Source: Tubulanus polymorphus (taxonomy: Eukaryota > Animalia > Nemertea). From it: a stretch of 64,000 nucleotides of DNA. The notes beneath the pieces were generated by a model. The model was not told the origin of the DNA. It did no database searches and was given only the letters and a program-made list of their open reading frames with translations. The stretch's first letter is position 1, and each line of letters starts with the position of its first letter. Location: NCBI RefSeq assembly GCF_964204645.1, contig NC_134034.1, forward strand, positions 682,001-746,000, in the 5' to 3' direction. A program made the position numbers and the translations under genes. This document shows, in pieces, positions 51,801 to 64,000 of this stretch.

Positions 51801-54800
51801 TGTATTCCTTGAGCTAGTGTAGTTTATTCAACGTTTCGACTATATCCTGATAGTCATCTTCAGGAATACTGTATTCCTTGAGCTAGTGCAGTTTATTCAA
51901 CGTTTCGACTATATCCTAATAGTCATCTTCAGGAATACTGTATTCCTTCAGCTAGTGTAGTTTATTCAACGTTTCGACTATATCCTAAAGAGTACTAGTG
52001 TTATAAAAAAAAAGTCTACAATCGAGAATAAAGAATGATCTAAAGATGATACAACGATTATCGTCCCAAAAAGGACTCGTTTTGGACAATGTGTTAAGAG
52101 CTCAAATCGGTTCCAAAAAAATTATGTCTATATCATTACTTACTACAATAGTTAGAACGATGGGCGCTTTCAGAATCCAGAAATAATCTTTCACCGTATT
52201 GATGTTCCAGCAACTATAATTGGAAAGAGAAATTCAGTTAGAAATAGTAAGGGTAGGTCAACTTTCCAGTGGCCAAACAAATGATGACTAGTGGCCAAAC
52301 AAATGATGACTAGATGGCGCAACCAAATGATGACTAGATGGCGCAACCACAAAGCAAGCAGCGACCCGAACCACGATGCAGGGCAACGGCCAAACTATAA
52401 TGACAACGGCCCAACTATAGTGCAGGACAGCAGCGGCCCAACCATAGTGCAGGACAAGAACCACATGGTATTCATATCATATAAATATAATCAGCTGCCA
52501 ATTAAGCGTCTGTAAGTTGATTGATTAATTATGCACTTAACACGCCACGTGTTTAATACATCTGCTTCTTATACGCCATCTGTCGGGAATTATAAATCCC
52601 GCGAGATAAATCGAGATTACCGTCACACGCCATCCGAGCTCGACACTTAAAGGTTTTAATCTGTAAACGTCTGATTTACATACATCAAAGTGTTGTAATT
52701 AATCTTTCTCTATCCCCAGCAGACTCTGCTTATCAGTAACAGCTACATATGATCTATCAATAACGTTAATTACGCCTTATTTTAATGAAAGCCTTGAAAT
52801 TGAAATGGGAAATATCGAATGCTACTGTGGCAATCGAGGATTCCACTTAATACGTCGAGAATTCCTCGATATTTTTCGTTAGTTAGATTCTCTAAATGTT
52901 ATCGGATATAGTGTTTAATCAACGAGGATTCCACTTTTAGCGGGTGATGATCCACCAGGTGTCGCTAGTAGTTACTCAGTCATCCACGTGGAATTTCTTC
53001 TACATCATAGTTGAACTTTTGTCTCAGATCGACCAAGTGCCCATTATACGCCCATCTGGTGGGCTCGCTCGAGTTGCGGTTTTCTATTGGTTGAGAGCTG
53101 CTGACGGGAAACTTTCATATAAATACTTACTATGTGTTATCGAGGATAAGTCGTACGATAAGCCAGGGTATGATTGAGAGCATAGGCGCACCTGAAATCA
53201 AAAATTCAGAATTTACGGTTTAGATTATACTCACTAGGTGGCGTAGTCCCAACAACCCGGTGTCTTCTATATCGTTGAATTCATTCATAACTATTGATAC
53301 TTGTGTAAATTTCTTATATATGCAATATAATTGTTAGTGTATTTCTCAGTCACGAGAATAAAGCTATAAACTAATCGTATCTTATCACTAACTTACCCCA
53401 ACCCATTAGAATGAACCATTTCACGCTACTGTTTTCAGTAAATACAGTCACGTATATCAACATATGAAGATAAAGTCCCTCTATCAGAATCCACGTGTAG
53501 TTAGCGCTAAAACTGTAGTGAAACGCCGTAAAAAACAGTTTACATTCCCAGTGCTGAAAAATATCATAAAAATATCGGATAATCTTATATCAAAATATAT
53601 CAAAAAATCTCATTCCCAGTGCTGCAAAATATCATAAAAATATCGGATAATCTCATATCATAATATATCAAAAAATCTCATTCCTAGTGCTGCAAAATAT
53701 CATATAAATATCGGATAATCTTATATCAAAATATATCAAAAAATCTCATTCCCAGTGCTGCAAAATATCATAAAAATATCGTATAATCTCATATCATGAT
53801 ATATCAGAAAATCTCATTCCCAGTGCTGCTAAATATCATAAAAATATCGGATAATCTCATATAATATATCAAAAAATATCATTCCCAGTGCTGCTAAATA
53901 TGATAAAATATCGGATAATCTCATATCATGATATATCAAAAAATCTCATTCCCAGTGCTGCAAAATATCATGAAATATCGGATAATCTCATATCATAATA
54001 TATCAAAAAATCTCATTCCCAGTGCTGCAAAATATCATGAAATATCGGATAATCTCATATCATAATATATCAAAAAATCTCATTCCCAGTGCTGCAAAAT
54101 ATCATAAAAATATCGGATAATCTCATATCATAATATATCAAAAAATCTCATTACCAGTGCTGCAAAATATCAGTATGATATCTTAAATAGAGCCAAGATA
54201 GAATCTATGGAATTATTTGACTTTTATTTAGATTTCGATGCGTTTCGATGCAATTTCCAGGCTCTTGAGCGACGTAAAAGAGAAATTTGAAAGAAAAATT
54301 GCCCAGGCAAATGATGGGAAATCCTCGTGCACCTGCCGTGGTCCGCTCACTGTCTTACCGTCATATTATCATGAAATCTCAGCGAACCGTCCGCCAGTCT
54401 GAACACATCACGTTCGAATCCCAATTTATCAACTAAGAGCGAATCTTTCATCAAACACATCGAGGCTCTCAGTATAAACGACATGAACAGGTTTATGTGT
54501 ATTATATTCCGCGGACAATACAACCTCCTAGATTAGAAAAAAAAACACAAATATAAATATAGCCGCAAGGCAGCCAAATCGGTTTTTCTTCGCTCTGTTG
54601 CACGTGGAAATTGGATAAGAAAACTGTATTCAATATAACCGGAAGTCCGATATACCAAGTTTCCGGGACACGTTTTGTGTTAGATAGGTCATTTCAGTTA
54701 TGATATGAATACCGAAAAAAATAGCCGCAAAGCAGCGATAACGGTTTTTCTGAACACAATTATATCGGAAGGACAAGAAGGGGAAAATATAGTAATTATA

Positions 54801-57800
54801 GCCGCAAGGCAGCGATATTGGGATTCCTTGGCACATGCGTAGAAATATCGGTTCAATGTCTTTGTTCAAAAGAAAAACTTGAAGAACCGAACTAAACAAC
54901 GATAACGTATATGACGTTGATGGGAATGAGTATGGTTAATGATTGTGGTCCAACGAGTGCAAATCATTCAATGCATTAAATATGTGTTTGTTCTCTCATG
55001 AAATTGGTAAAATGTCTATTGAAGTGGCAAAAATATCTATAACAAACAGCCGATCAGCTGATCAGACAGCTGGATTCCGTTTTGTGTTACCGATAAAATC
55101 TATATAAAACCTTAATTGATCCTATGGAATCTGCAGATGTTCTACGTTCTATAGATTTGTTATGTTATTCGAGTAAAAGCTTTGATAAAGAAAGGAAAAC
55201 AAACAAAAAACGAGTAGATTTTCAGATACTGGGGACAGGATCCGAGGAAAAATGCAGTGAATGCAGTCATCATTTTGTCATCGTGTTGACGACTTTTATT
55301 TGAAATACAAATTGAGACTCAACAATAGAGATGACTTCAGTAATGTGACGACTTATTTAAATGATGACTAACAACTCAAGCGAATTGAATAAGAAATACA
55401 TTTTGGGATTCAGAACTGGACTCGATTCCATTGATGATTGTGTTAATATCTCTCACCTGAATGCTAACATGATAGCTACTGCGACAATCAGAGATATCAA
55501 TGATATCACATAACCAACACTGTACATAGTTGTAATATATCCTAGGTGGCGCTGAAAGAAAATCGGAGGTATTTCATGAAAATCTTGTGGCTTCAATTTG
55601 ACTCTGGACCCAGTTCCACAGTTTGATTTGACTCTGAATTCAGTTCCACAGCTGTGTGGGTTTTATTTGAGTCTGGATCCAGTTCCACAGTTGTGTGGGT
55701 TTAATTTTAGTCTGGATCCAGTTCCACAGCTGTGTGGGTTTTATTTGACTCTGAATCCGGTTCCACAGTTGTGTGGGTTTCATTTGAGTCTGGATCCAGT
55801 TCCACAGTTGTGTGGGTTTAATTTGACTCTGAACCCAGTTCCACAGTTGTGTGGGTTTAATTTGACTCTGAATCCAGTTCCACAGTTGTGTGGGTTTAAT
55901 TTTAGTCTGGATCCAGTTCCACAGTTGTGTGGGTTTAATTTGACTCTGAACCCAGTTCCACAGTTGTGTGGGTTTAATTTGACTCTGAATCCAGTTCCAC
56001 AGTTGTGTGGGTTTAATTTGACTCTGAATCCAGTTCCACAGTTGTGTGGGTTTAATTTGACTCTGGATTCAGCTCCAACAGTATAATACACACCTGCATC
56101 AATAAAGAAACGTTCGGCGCTGTCGATTGCGCGGGTTCGTACACGTGAAAACACTCTGAATAATTCGTCCAACTCGTATTCAAAATCGGGTCTATATACC
56201 AGTGTCCATCAGCCGTACAAACCTTACTAGCATTCCCTAGAACAACAAATCATAACAGATGACACTAACTACACATATCTGTCAAATGTAAATAGGATTC
56301 CAGCTTGTTATCCGTCCCCACGGGCTGTTTTTAGATGTGATACTGTCCGTTACGGTAACCGTAGTAAGAATTACGTGTGCGCGCTGTTTATTTTGTGTGG
56401 GGATGGTCTGGTTATTTCTAGACGTATCGGGACAAACACAGGCCCGAGGCCACGTCGAAAAAAATACATCGGTGGAAAAAGAAAACGTACGTGAATGTAT
56501 TTCTACACGATAAAATGTAGTTGGGAGAATTGGGAAAAAATGACTCCAAAAAGGGTATAACTGAAAAAAGCTTAATACCCCGACGAATACGTAATTGAAA
56601 TGAGAATCGGTTAATCAATGAGTTCATTAGAATGGTTATAACAGCAGCCAGACGCAGGCTAGCAGGAGCCGAAATGTTGGAGTGGCTCAACTTGCACACA
56701 AAATTAAGTGCGACCCTTAATTATTTTTTTAAATGAAAAAACTAATATTTGTAGCGACCTTGCTGACTTACCCAATGTATTGAACAACCTGAAGTAGACT
56801 GGGCACGGCTGGACGACCGTCTGACCGGGAGGTGTGCTCGGCCAACACGATATTCCATCCCAGACTGCACGACAGAAATTACCTGAAAAAAAATGATCAT
56901 AACTTAATCGTAACCAGCTGGATTTGCGAGGGACACTACAAGTAAGTGGAATCAAATCAACCAATTAAATAGATAAGAGGACATCATTTCGATACTACAA
57001 CAAAGGGGTTGTACAAATTGAACCGTGCCGAGTGCAGGTCTTTCTGCTATAGAGATATGGTTCTGCCTTTAGTTTATGATTATAGAGGGGATAGCGCGTA
57101 CGCAGTCCCCCACTACCAGAAATTATACACCCGAGTCTCCCACATTTGGGGAGATCGTATGGGTCAACCAGTCTTAGTGCAATGACAGGCCTCGCCATAG
57201 AGGCACCGCCTTCCAGATCACGGTGGACCTCTGTGCCAGGTAAGTATGATTACGTAACGTCCGCCATTTTATATATATGACTGACCCGGTTGTTATGTGA
57301 CCGGTGTTTGAATTATATCATCAATATATCAATATCTACATCTATCTAAGTATTTTCCTTAATGTTTTACTCCTGGAAATTGAGACAAAGTTATTTTCAC
57401 GGAAAATATCAAAACGACATTTTGAATATACAACGATATTTATATGAAAAGAATAAAGAACACTACTTTCACACCGAAGAGGCTCGGGCTATTACTCTTA
57501 TTTGTCACCAGACGGCGTTGGGCGTCGCTTTAGCGGCCTCAGGGTGGATGATGATGATATATCCAGGAATGAATTAAGTTCGTGACATAAAAGAAAATTT
57601 CTATTCGAAATCGATAACTTTTTTAGTTTTGCATATGCATAAATTCTGGTGGCCGCTGAGCGAGGCTGAATGAACGAACTAACTGCGGCCTCAAGATCAA
57701 AAGTCCAATGAATTCTGTTGATACATCATCATCGGATTCCTTTTTACTCGAATCCATTCAAATCGATTTATTATTCAAAATCGTAAAAATGGATCTAAAA

Positions 57801-60800
57801 TAGCAATCTATAGAAAACTGCAAATGGATTCAGATTCTAAAGTGGTGGCGTTTTGCAAAATAATTCCGAAATAATACATAAGAAATTATCAGTTATTGCT
57901 ACAGTCTTTTTTCAATTCTCAGAAATTTGCCTCGATAGAAACTGAATTGAATGAGAGAGAAATGACACGTCACGTGGTATAAACCGCGTAACTACGTTCT
58001 CCCCAAAGATTCGCTCCAAATCTGAAATTTGAGACATCTCCGAGGAGAATAGAACCATTCGCAATAATCCGCTGATATGAAGTAAACCGAACGTGGCCGA
58101 CATAATAGTCGGGCATTAGATTGATGCATGTTGCTGGTATTTGCTGCAGAATTACCGTCAATAGCCACCATGCTCGCAAACACAAACGCACACACAACTC
58201 AAAAACCAGAAGTGTCACATGAAAAATTGATACTCAGTTATTTTGGGATCGCAATTCGCGAACCGCTGAGGGGTGATTCGCTAGAAAGCAGATTTCTGTT
58301 GTCTGGATTTTGTTTGCTCTCTGTAACAAGAGTAGTGAACGAAAAGAAATACCTCGCGCTCGAATATCGAGTGAAGACAATGATTTGATTGCTTGTGTTT
58401 CCGATAAAGAGCCATATGAAACCGTTTTGTGCTGCCAGTTCAACAGCTCCGATGAAGATTTTAATGTTGCTTTTATAGACTCGATATCATAAATTCATGC
58501 ACAGCAATTTTTGCCGAAGAAACACAAGTTTCTAGAAAAATTATCAAAAACCGATAGTTTGCATGGAACCAGTATAAACTATGTGTAAATGTGATCTGTT
58601 TAATGTGTATTAGAAACTGCCAACCACAAACCATCATCAATGTTCAACCCAGGGCCCAGTTCCACAGTTACTGGACCCAGTTCCACAGCTGTGGATCCAG
58701 TTCCACAGTTACTGGGCCGAGTTCCACAGTTCAGGACCCAGTTCCACAGTTCTGAACCCAGTTCCACAGTTACTGGGCCGGGTTCCACAGTTCAGGACCC
58801 AGTTCCACAGTTCTGAACCCAGTTCTACAGTTACTGGGCCGGGTTCCACAGTTCAGGACCCAGTTCCACAGTTCTGAACCCAGTTCCACAGTTCTGGACC
58901 TAGTTTCACAGTCTTGGCTCCAATACATAGTCCTTGACTCAGTTCCAAAGTCAGGTAACCTACACAGTTCGGGACCTGTTTCCATAGTTCTCAGTTGAGA
59001 TTCCACTGTTTAATCCGTTTAGAGTCCCTGGTCGAAACATCAAACTCTACTCCAGAAATAAGTGGTTACAAAATGTAAACTATGTGACGTATCACCAGGG
59101 AAATCTCACAATAAATTCAGCCAAAAATGACAAGTTCTATATTAGAATGATTATATTTCGAGCAACGATTCGGCTAAAGACTATTAGCCATCGTCAGGTG
59201 TACTGATTCAGAATTTTTTTTCTTTTTTTTGGCTTAATTATCGTGGGATTTTTTTCGTTATCGTCATACACGGATATTGTGTATTTACTCGTCTCATCAA
59301 TGGCGTCTGTTTGAAGTGAAAATAAATTCATATTCATATTCACGTATTACCAATAAGGAACACTGGATTCATTATTGTCTCAACGAGGATTCGATGGATC
59401 TCGAAACGGTTTAGTGAATAAACTTTGAAATTTTATCATCAATTTTCTGATTGTTTGGTTTTATAAGCTATAGGTGTATCTTACCTGGAATCGTGTCGGA
59501 AAGGATTCGATTGTAACAGTTCATCTCTTCGTGTTGCATCAACGCTTTCTGTTCCTCTTTCGAAATCATGACCAGTTCCTGGAATTTAGAAAAAAATCAA
59601 AAATCAAAAATTATCGCAGAAATAATTTTAGTTCGGTGACTAGTGAATAGATTGTATACTAGCTATAGTGGTGCTAGCCCATAGGCCCGGTTCTATAGTG
59701 GTGCTGTAGCCCATAGGCCCGGTTCCATATTGGTGCTGTAGCCCATAGGCCCGGTTCTATAGTGGTGCTGTAGCCCATAGGCCCGGTTCCATATTGGTGC
59801 TGTAGCCCATAGGCCCGGTTCCATAGTGGTGCTGCAGCCCATAGGCCCGGTTCCATAGTGGTACTGTTGATAAAGCTGTTTCGGCTGTTGACCAACGGCC
59901 ATCATCAGGTGGTCCTAGATCTAAAGATGATTTGGTAGCTCGACGCGTGACGTCATCAATGAAATAGATTTCGAAGCGCGCGATTCGTGTGTAAATGTGG
60001 AGTCGAGTGTTTGCGCTGTATTTACATATCATTCAATATCGCTTTCATTTCTTGATTTTGTTGTCGAACGATTTTCTGAATGTTTGTTTTCGGCGGCGCG
60101 AGAAAAACTGATGATTACAGAGAATCGTGACATTGGGAGTGGTTCGAGTGATTAGAACAGGATCGAGGACGACCCCCTCCGCCCCTCAATCCCCTCCTCC
60201 CCTCCACCCCTCGCGCGATCACACCCGCTCTCATAGATCAGCTTCACGAACAGGAAATTAGAAAATCATCTTTTCTCGAATGGAATTAATTCCAGCGATT
60301 GTTTGATTCGTAGCGACAAATATCATTGAAGATCACGTTCTAGCTCTCGACCTATCACACTTAGTGATAGTTTCAGCTGAGAGAATTAGTAAATCTGTCA
60401 ATTATTCAGTTTGTAGCCTTGAGTGTGATTAATATGTTATCGTCAAGAGGGTCGGGATCCCTTAATGGTAAGAAATGTATAGGAATAAACTAAAAAAAAC
60501 AAACTCTCTTATCCGGTATTCAGGAAAATGGGGAATTTCTGATTCGGGATACTGCCCGCACCAGTAACACTGTTGCAGCTCCAGTCCAACAGTGGTCATA
60601 ACTGATCTTAAGTTGTTAGATTGGTTATAGAACCAAAATGAGCTTAGACCGGTTTTAAGTAGTTAGATTGGTTATAGAACCAAAATGAGGTTAGACCGGT
60701 ATTGAGTTGTTAGATTGGTTATAGAACCAAAATGAGCTTAGACCGGTCTTAGGTAGTTAGATTGGTTATAGAACCAAAATGAGCTTAGACTGGACTGAAG

Positions 60801-61044
60801 CTGTTAGATTGGTTATAGAACCAAAATGAGCATGACTGGTATTAAGTTGTTAGATTGGTTATAGAACTACGATGAGCTAAAGAGTGAGTTTTGGTACGCG
60901 CCGATTCTCTATTCTAAGTTCAACAATTTTGCGCCATTTAATTTTTCTATTTTCTATTCAAATAAAAATTGAACGAATACACGATGAAATCCATCTATTC
61001 ACCTGATGATTAAGCATGTTAATATTCCGTCGATCCGTATCCAT
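48876..61044 (-). CDS. Class B (secretin-family) GPCR, parathyroid-hormone-receptor-like (~505 aa)
   Basis: Exons 61044-61003 (tentative), 59578-59485, 56882-56772, 56236-56094, 55551-55457, 54527-54359, 53553-53397, 53191-53131, 52213-52144, 51416-51325, 50289-50148, 49688-49647, 49175-48876. Motifs ISKEEQ..C (cf. PTH1R MTKEEQ), [66 protein letters not shown]. Confidence 0.9.
51478..51988 (-). ncRNA. Tandem array (7+ x 69 nt) of minimal type-I hammerhead ribozymes inside a GPCR intron, in sense
   Basis: Period 69 (51481, 51550, ...). Minus strand reads TATTC CTGAAGA T GACTAT-TAGGAT-ATAGTC GAAA C GTT GAATA; the core is intact in all seven full units. Confidence 0.8.
53543..54172. repeat. ~68-bp minisatellite made of the duplicated intron/exon acceptor junction, ~9 copies
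   Basis: Unit contains cattcccagtgctgcaaaa, which on the minus strand is ttttgcag|CACTGGGAATG, the same as the start of exon 53553. Confidence 0.9.
55595..56082. repeat. 39-bp minisatellite (ccagttccacagtt family)
   Basis: Seen directly; fills most of a GPCR intron. Confidence 0.95.
58650..58990. repeat. ~20-bp ccagttccacagtt minisatellite
   Basis: Seen directly; same core as 55595-56082 and ~31400. Confidence 0.9.
59663..59865. repeat. 32-bp minisatellite
   Basis: atagtggtgctgtagcccataggcccggttc repeated ~6 times. Confidence 0.9.
60600..60880. repeat. 47-bp minisatellite (same family as 31810-32610)
   Basis: Seen directly. Confidence 0.9.
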
Positions 61045-62099
61045 CGAATAACAAAACAAAATGATGATATATCGATTTTTTTCCGAAACTCAAAACAATC
61101 GATTACTTCTACGAATTTGTTTTCATAAAGCGTAGGCTGTTAGTAAATGCCAGGTTTTAGCGCTGAGAGTTATCCATACAATACGTAGAGTTGATATCCT
61201 TTATCGTGCGGTGGATAGTAGATGTACTGCGGTGCAGTCGTGTGCACGCCACACGTGTGAATGTCGTCGATCGAGGAGAGACAATTCTCAAAGCTTAGTT
61301 CAACATCTGGACGTTATGGAATTTACGCGAGATTTAACATATCGTACTAGGCCTACCTGTAACAGTCGAGCCCGCTTAAGTCGTCATCGGCCACTGCTGC
61401 GGGCGTCTCTATTTGAGTCCTAATTTATATATCTATTTCACCTAATTAAGTGACCATTTGGATAAGTCATCACATAACAGAAGTCAGCTCTATTTCTGAG
61501 TTCCAATTTGTATTTCTAATTCTATTCATTAAGTATAATTCGTCATTTGATAAGTCAGTCGTCACGTTACTGAAGTCGTTTCCATATCGTTGGGACTGAA
61601 TTTGAATTTACCGAATGTAATTCATCATTTGAATAAGTCGTCACGTTTTGGAGTCTCAATTTACATTTCTAATTCGTATATGCCTCAGGAAGTTTCTTTA
61701 AACTGTCAGTATAACGATTCAGGATAAATAGAGGATATTTTTGTTGGAAGATCGCCTGACGGTACTCATGGTACTCATAGTCGGGGGTTATCCCGGTGAA
61801 TTCAACCCTACTTTTCTGGTACGATAGTCTTACTTTCTATCATGCGCCGCTTCAATCACGTGACATAACGATGTAGCCGTAAACCGTGTGAAACTGAACG
61901 GTTCCTGTTAGCAATAAAACACGGAACTGGTTGTAAACAAACTTATCGCACCACCTGCGTCCATATCCGCTCTGTAGTTTTATTGTAAATGACAGTTTCG
62001 CGTGTTGCACGCGCTATTTCAATTCTAACTCTGTATCGTGATCATTAGCAATTTCTGGACCCAGTTCCGAATCTTTGCCTCGAGGATTTTAAAAAAGAA

Positions 62100-62440
62100 C
62101 GAGAAGGTCGTCATTAGTAACTAATTATAATTTTACTGAATCGTTGAAGTCATTGAGAATGAGAAGGTCGTCATTAGTAACTAATTATAATTTTACTGAA
62201 TCGTTGAAGTTGTCGAGAATGACAAGGTCGTCATTAGTAACTAATTATAATTTTACTGAATCGTTGAACTCATCGAGAATGAGAAGGTCGTCATTAGTAA
62301 TTAATCATACTTTTACTGAATCGTTGAAGTCGTCGAGAATGAGAAGGTCGTCATTAGTAACTAATCATAATTTTACTGAATCGTTGAAGTCATCGACAAT
62401 GAGAAGGTCGTCATTAGTAACTAATCATAATTTTACTGAC
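62100..62440. repeat. 60-bp minisatellite, ~5.6 copies
   Basis: gagaaggtcgtcattagtaactaattataattttactgaatcgttgaagtcatcgagaat; a single copy also lies at ~16427-16475. Confidence 0.9.
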
Positions 62441-64000
62441 TAATCGTGATTTCACCAAAGAAGGCCAATTTCATATAGATATAGCTTGTAAAATACAAGA
62501 TTAAGACGATTAGAATCAGTTTTTAGATAGCTTCAAGTAAAGAAAAAGTCAAAAGTTAAAAGTAAGTCGACCCACATATTTTACCTGTCTCTGCGTCGTG
62601 TCCCGCTCTCTATTCAACGTTAATATGATTAAATCCTAAATCCCGTTTAAATCCTATTCAAACGTTTAACAAAACGTCAAATTCAATTCAAACGCGTTTA
62701 ACGCGTAATAAAAACGTTTGCCTTAACTTTACAACCCGATATTAGTTTATAGCCTTTTCCTAATTATCGCTAATGTTTCGTTGGTGTCTTTGATTAGTGT
62801 TAGTCGATGTCGTCCTGTCATAAAAACTAGTTCTAATGTGGTCAGTTTTATGATAGTCTTTAACTATTATTAGAGACATTCATTGTGATTTACTGAAGTG
62901 CCATAGCTGCGGGAAGGGGGTTGGGGTGCAGATTGCGAGTCACTGGCGCCACTTTTGTTTCAAACTAACTCAAATTCAGTTCCACAGTTCTGCAATAAGT
63001 TCTTCATTTGACTCCAGAAAAACAACAATATCTGTGCTTCGATTTCCGATTTCAAAACGAAACCCCCTGTATCGATCCCGGCAGGTGTGTGGTCGGTTTG
63101 TAGGGACACCATCAAACAAATCAAACGAAATCTACCAAACGAATAAATAACAAGGTCAATCCCTATTTCAAGATAAAAAAAATTTCGAATAAAATTAACT
63201 CAAACTAGAGTGAAACTGGGGAGTGAAACCCGGGAGTGAAACCGGCCAGAACTGTGAAACCAGATCATGATTTAAAAACGATATATATCATAGTATATAC
63301 TTATTACTCATCACAGTTGTACAAACTGGTCTGATGGGAAAAATAATTTTACAATAGTTTTACAGATGGCAGTCTACTGACGACTGCGGAATAAGAGTAT
63401 GACAAAAGGTTATGTTATAGGTTAAACATCATACAGAGATGATTAATTTTCTGATATATAATTCTAGAACTGTAGAGTGGTCATTAGTACAAATTGACGA
63501 CGAACTGGTTTTTAGAAGGAATTAGCTTCCTTATTTTCTAGCGATTTCCCACGCAATAAAACTGTCAACTGAACACAATAAACTCGAATTGAATATAACA
63601 GAATTCACGCGGTGCTCATACATATATCATTAATATATACGTCAACTTCCTGGTTCGCGGTGAATTCATTTAAAAACCGTCAAGGCGTATAAAAATAACA
63701 CCGAGCTATAGTCGTTAGATTTGATCGATTACAATAAACATTAACAACGGGTCAACTACAGGAGATTATTATTAAAAAGGTCACGTACGCACATCAAACG
63801 GCACCCTTAACCGTAAATCCACCTGATGTGGTTCAGGGGGTACTATCACACCAGGAAAGTGCTCAGGTGCTCTCTGAAAAATATCCTTTGAATACAAAAT
63901 CTAAGTCCAGAATATTCAGAAATATTGTGTCCCATTGCTAGTGGTCAGTTACAGATCCTGGTGATCAGTTGCGGTTCCTAGGGGTCAGTTACATATCCTA

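Noticed and set aside
55598-56172. Repetitive 13-aa ORFs
   Set aside because: 39-bp intronic minisatellite in the GPCR gene.

Overview
AT-rich, intron- and repeat-rich eukaryotic DNA from a bilaterian invertebrate (probably a marine spiralian; the species cannot be identified from sequence alone). I could assemble eight spliced protein-coding genes by hand using GT-AG junctions. (1,2) Two paralogous secreted PAN/Apple + LamG/ConA-like genes lying on the arms of a ~13-kb inverted duplication. (3) A 16-exon secreted TSP1x5/MAMx3 gene with a +2 frameshift in exon 10; an orphan copy of its last exon is fused to a (CTG)~108 run. (4) A 6-exon opsin with K296, E181 and Y113, resembling Group-4 opsins. 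(5) An ankyrin-repeat/coiled-coil gene. (6) A small secreted His/Arg-rich prepropeptide. (7) An Lsi2/ArsB-like (silicon-efflux-type) transporter. (8) A PTH-receptor-like class B GPCR. The most striking non-coding signal is a 69-bp tandem repeat whose unit is a complete minimal type-I hammerhead ribozyme. It forms arrays at ~25.0-25.3 kb (+) and ~51.5-52.0 kb (-, in sense inside a GPCR intron), with relics elsewhere. Also present: a tandem array of duplicated decoy splice acceptors in the GPCR, clustered CTCF-like motifs, tRNA-derived SINE heads, MITEs and many mini- and microsatellites.
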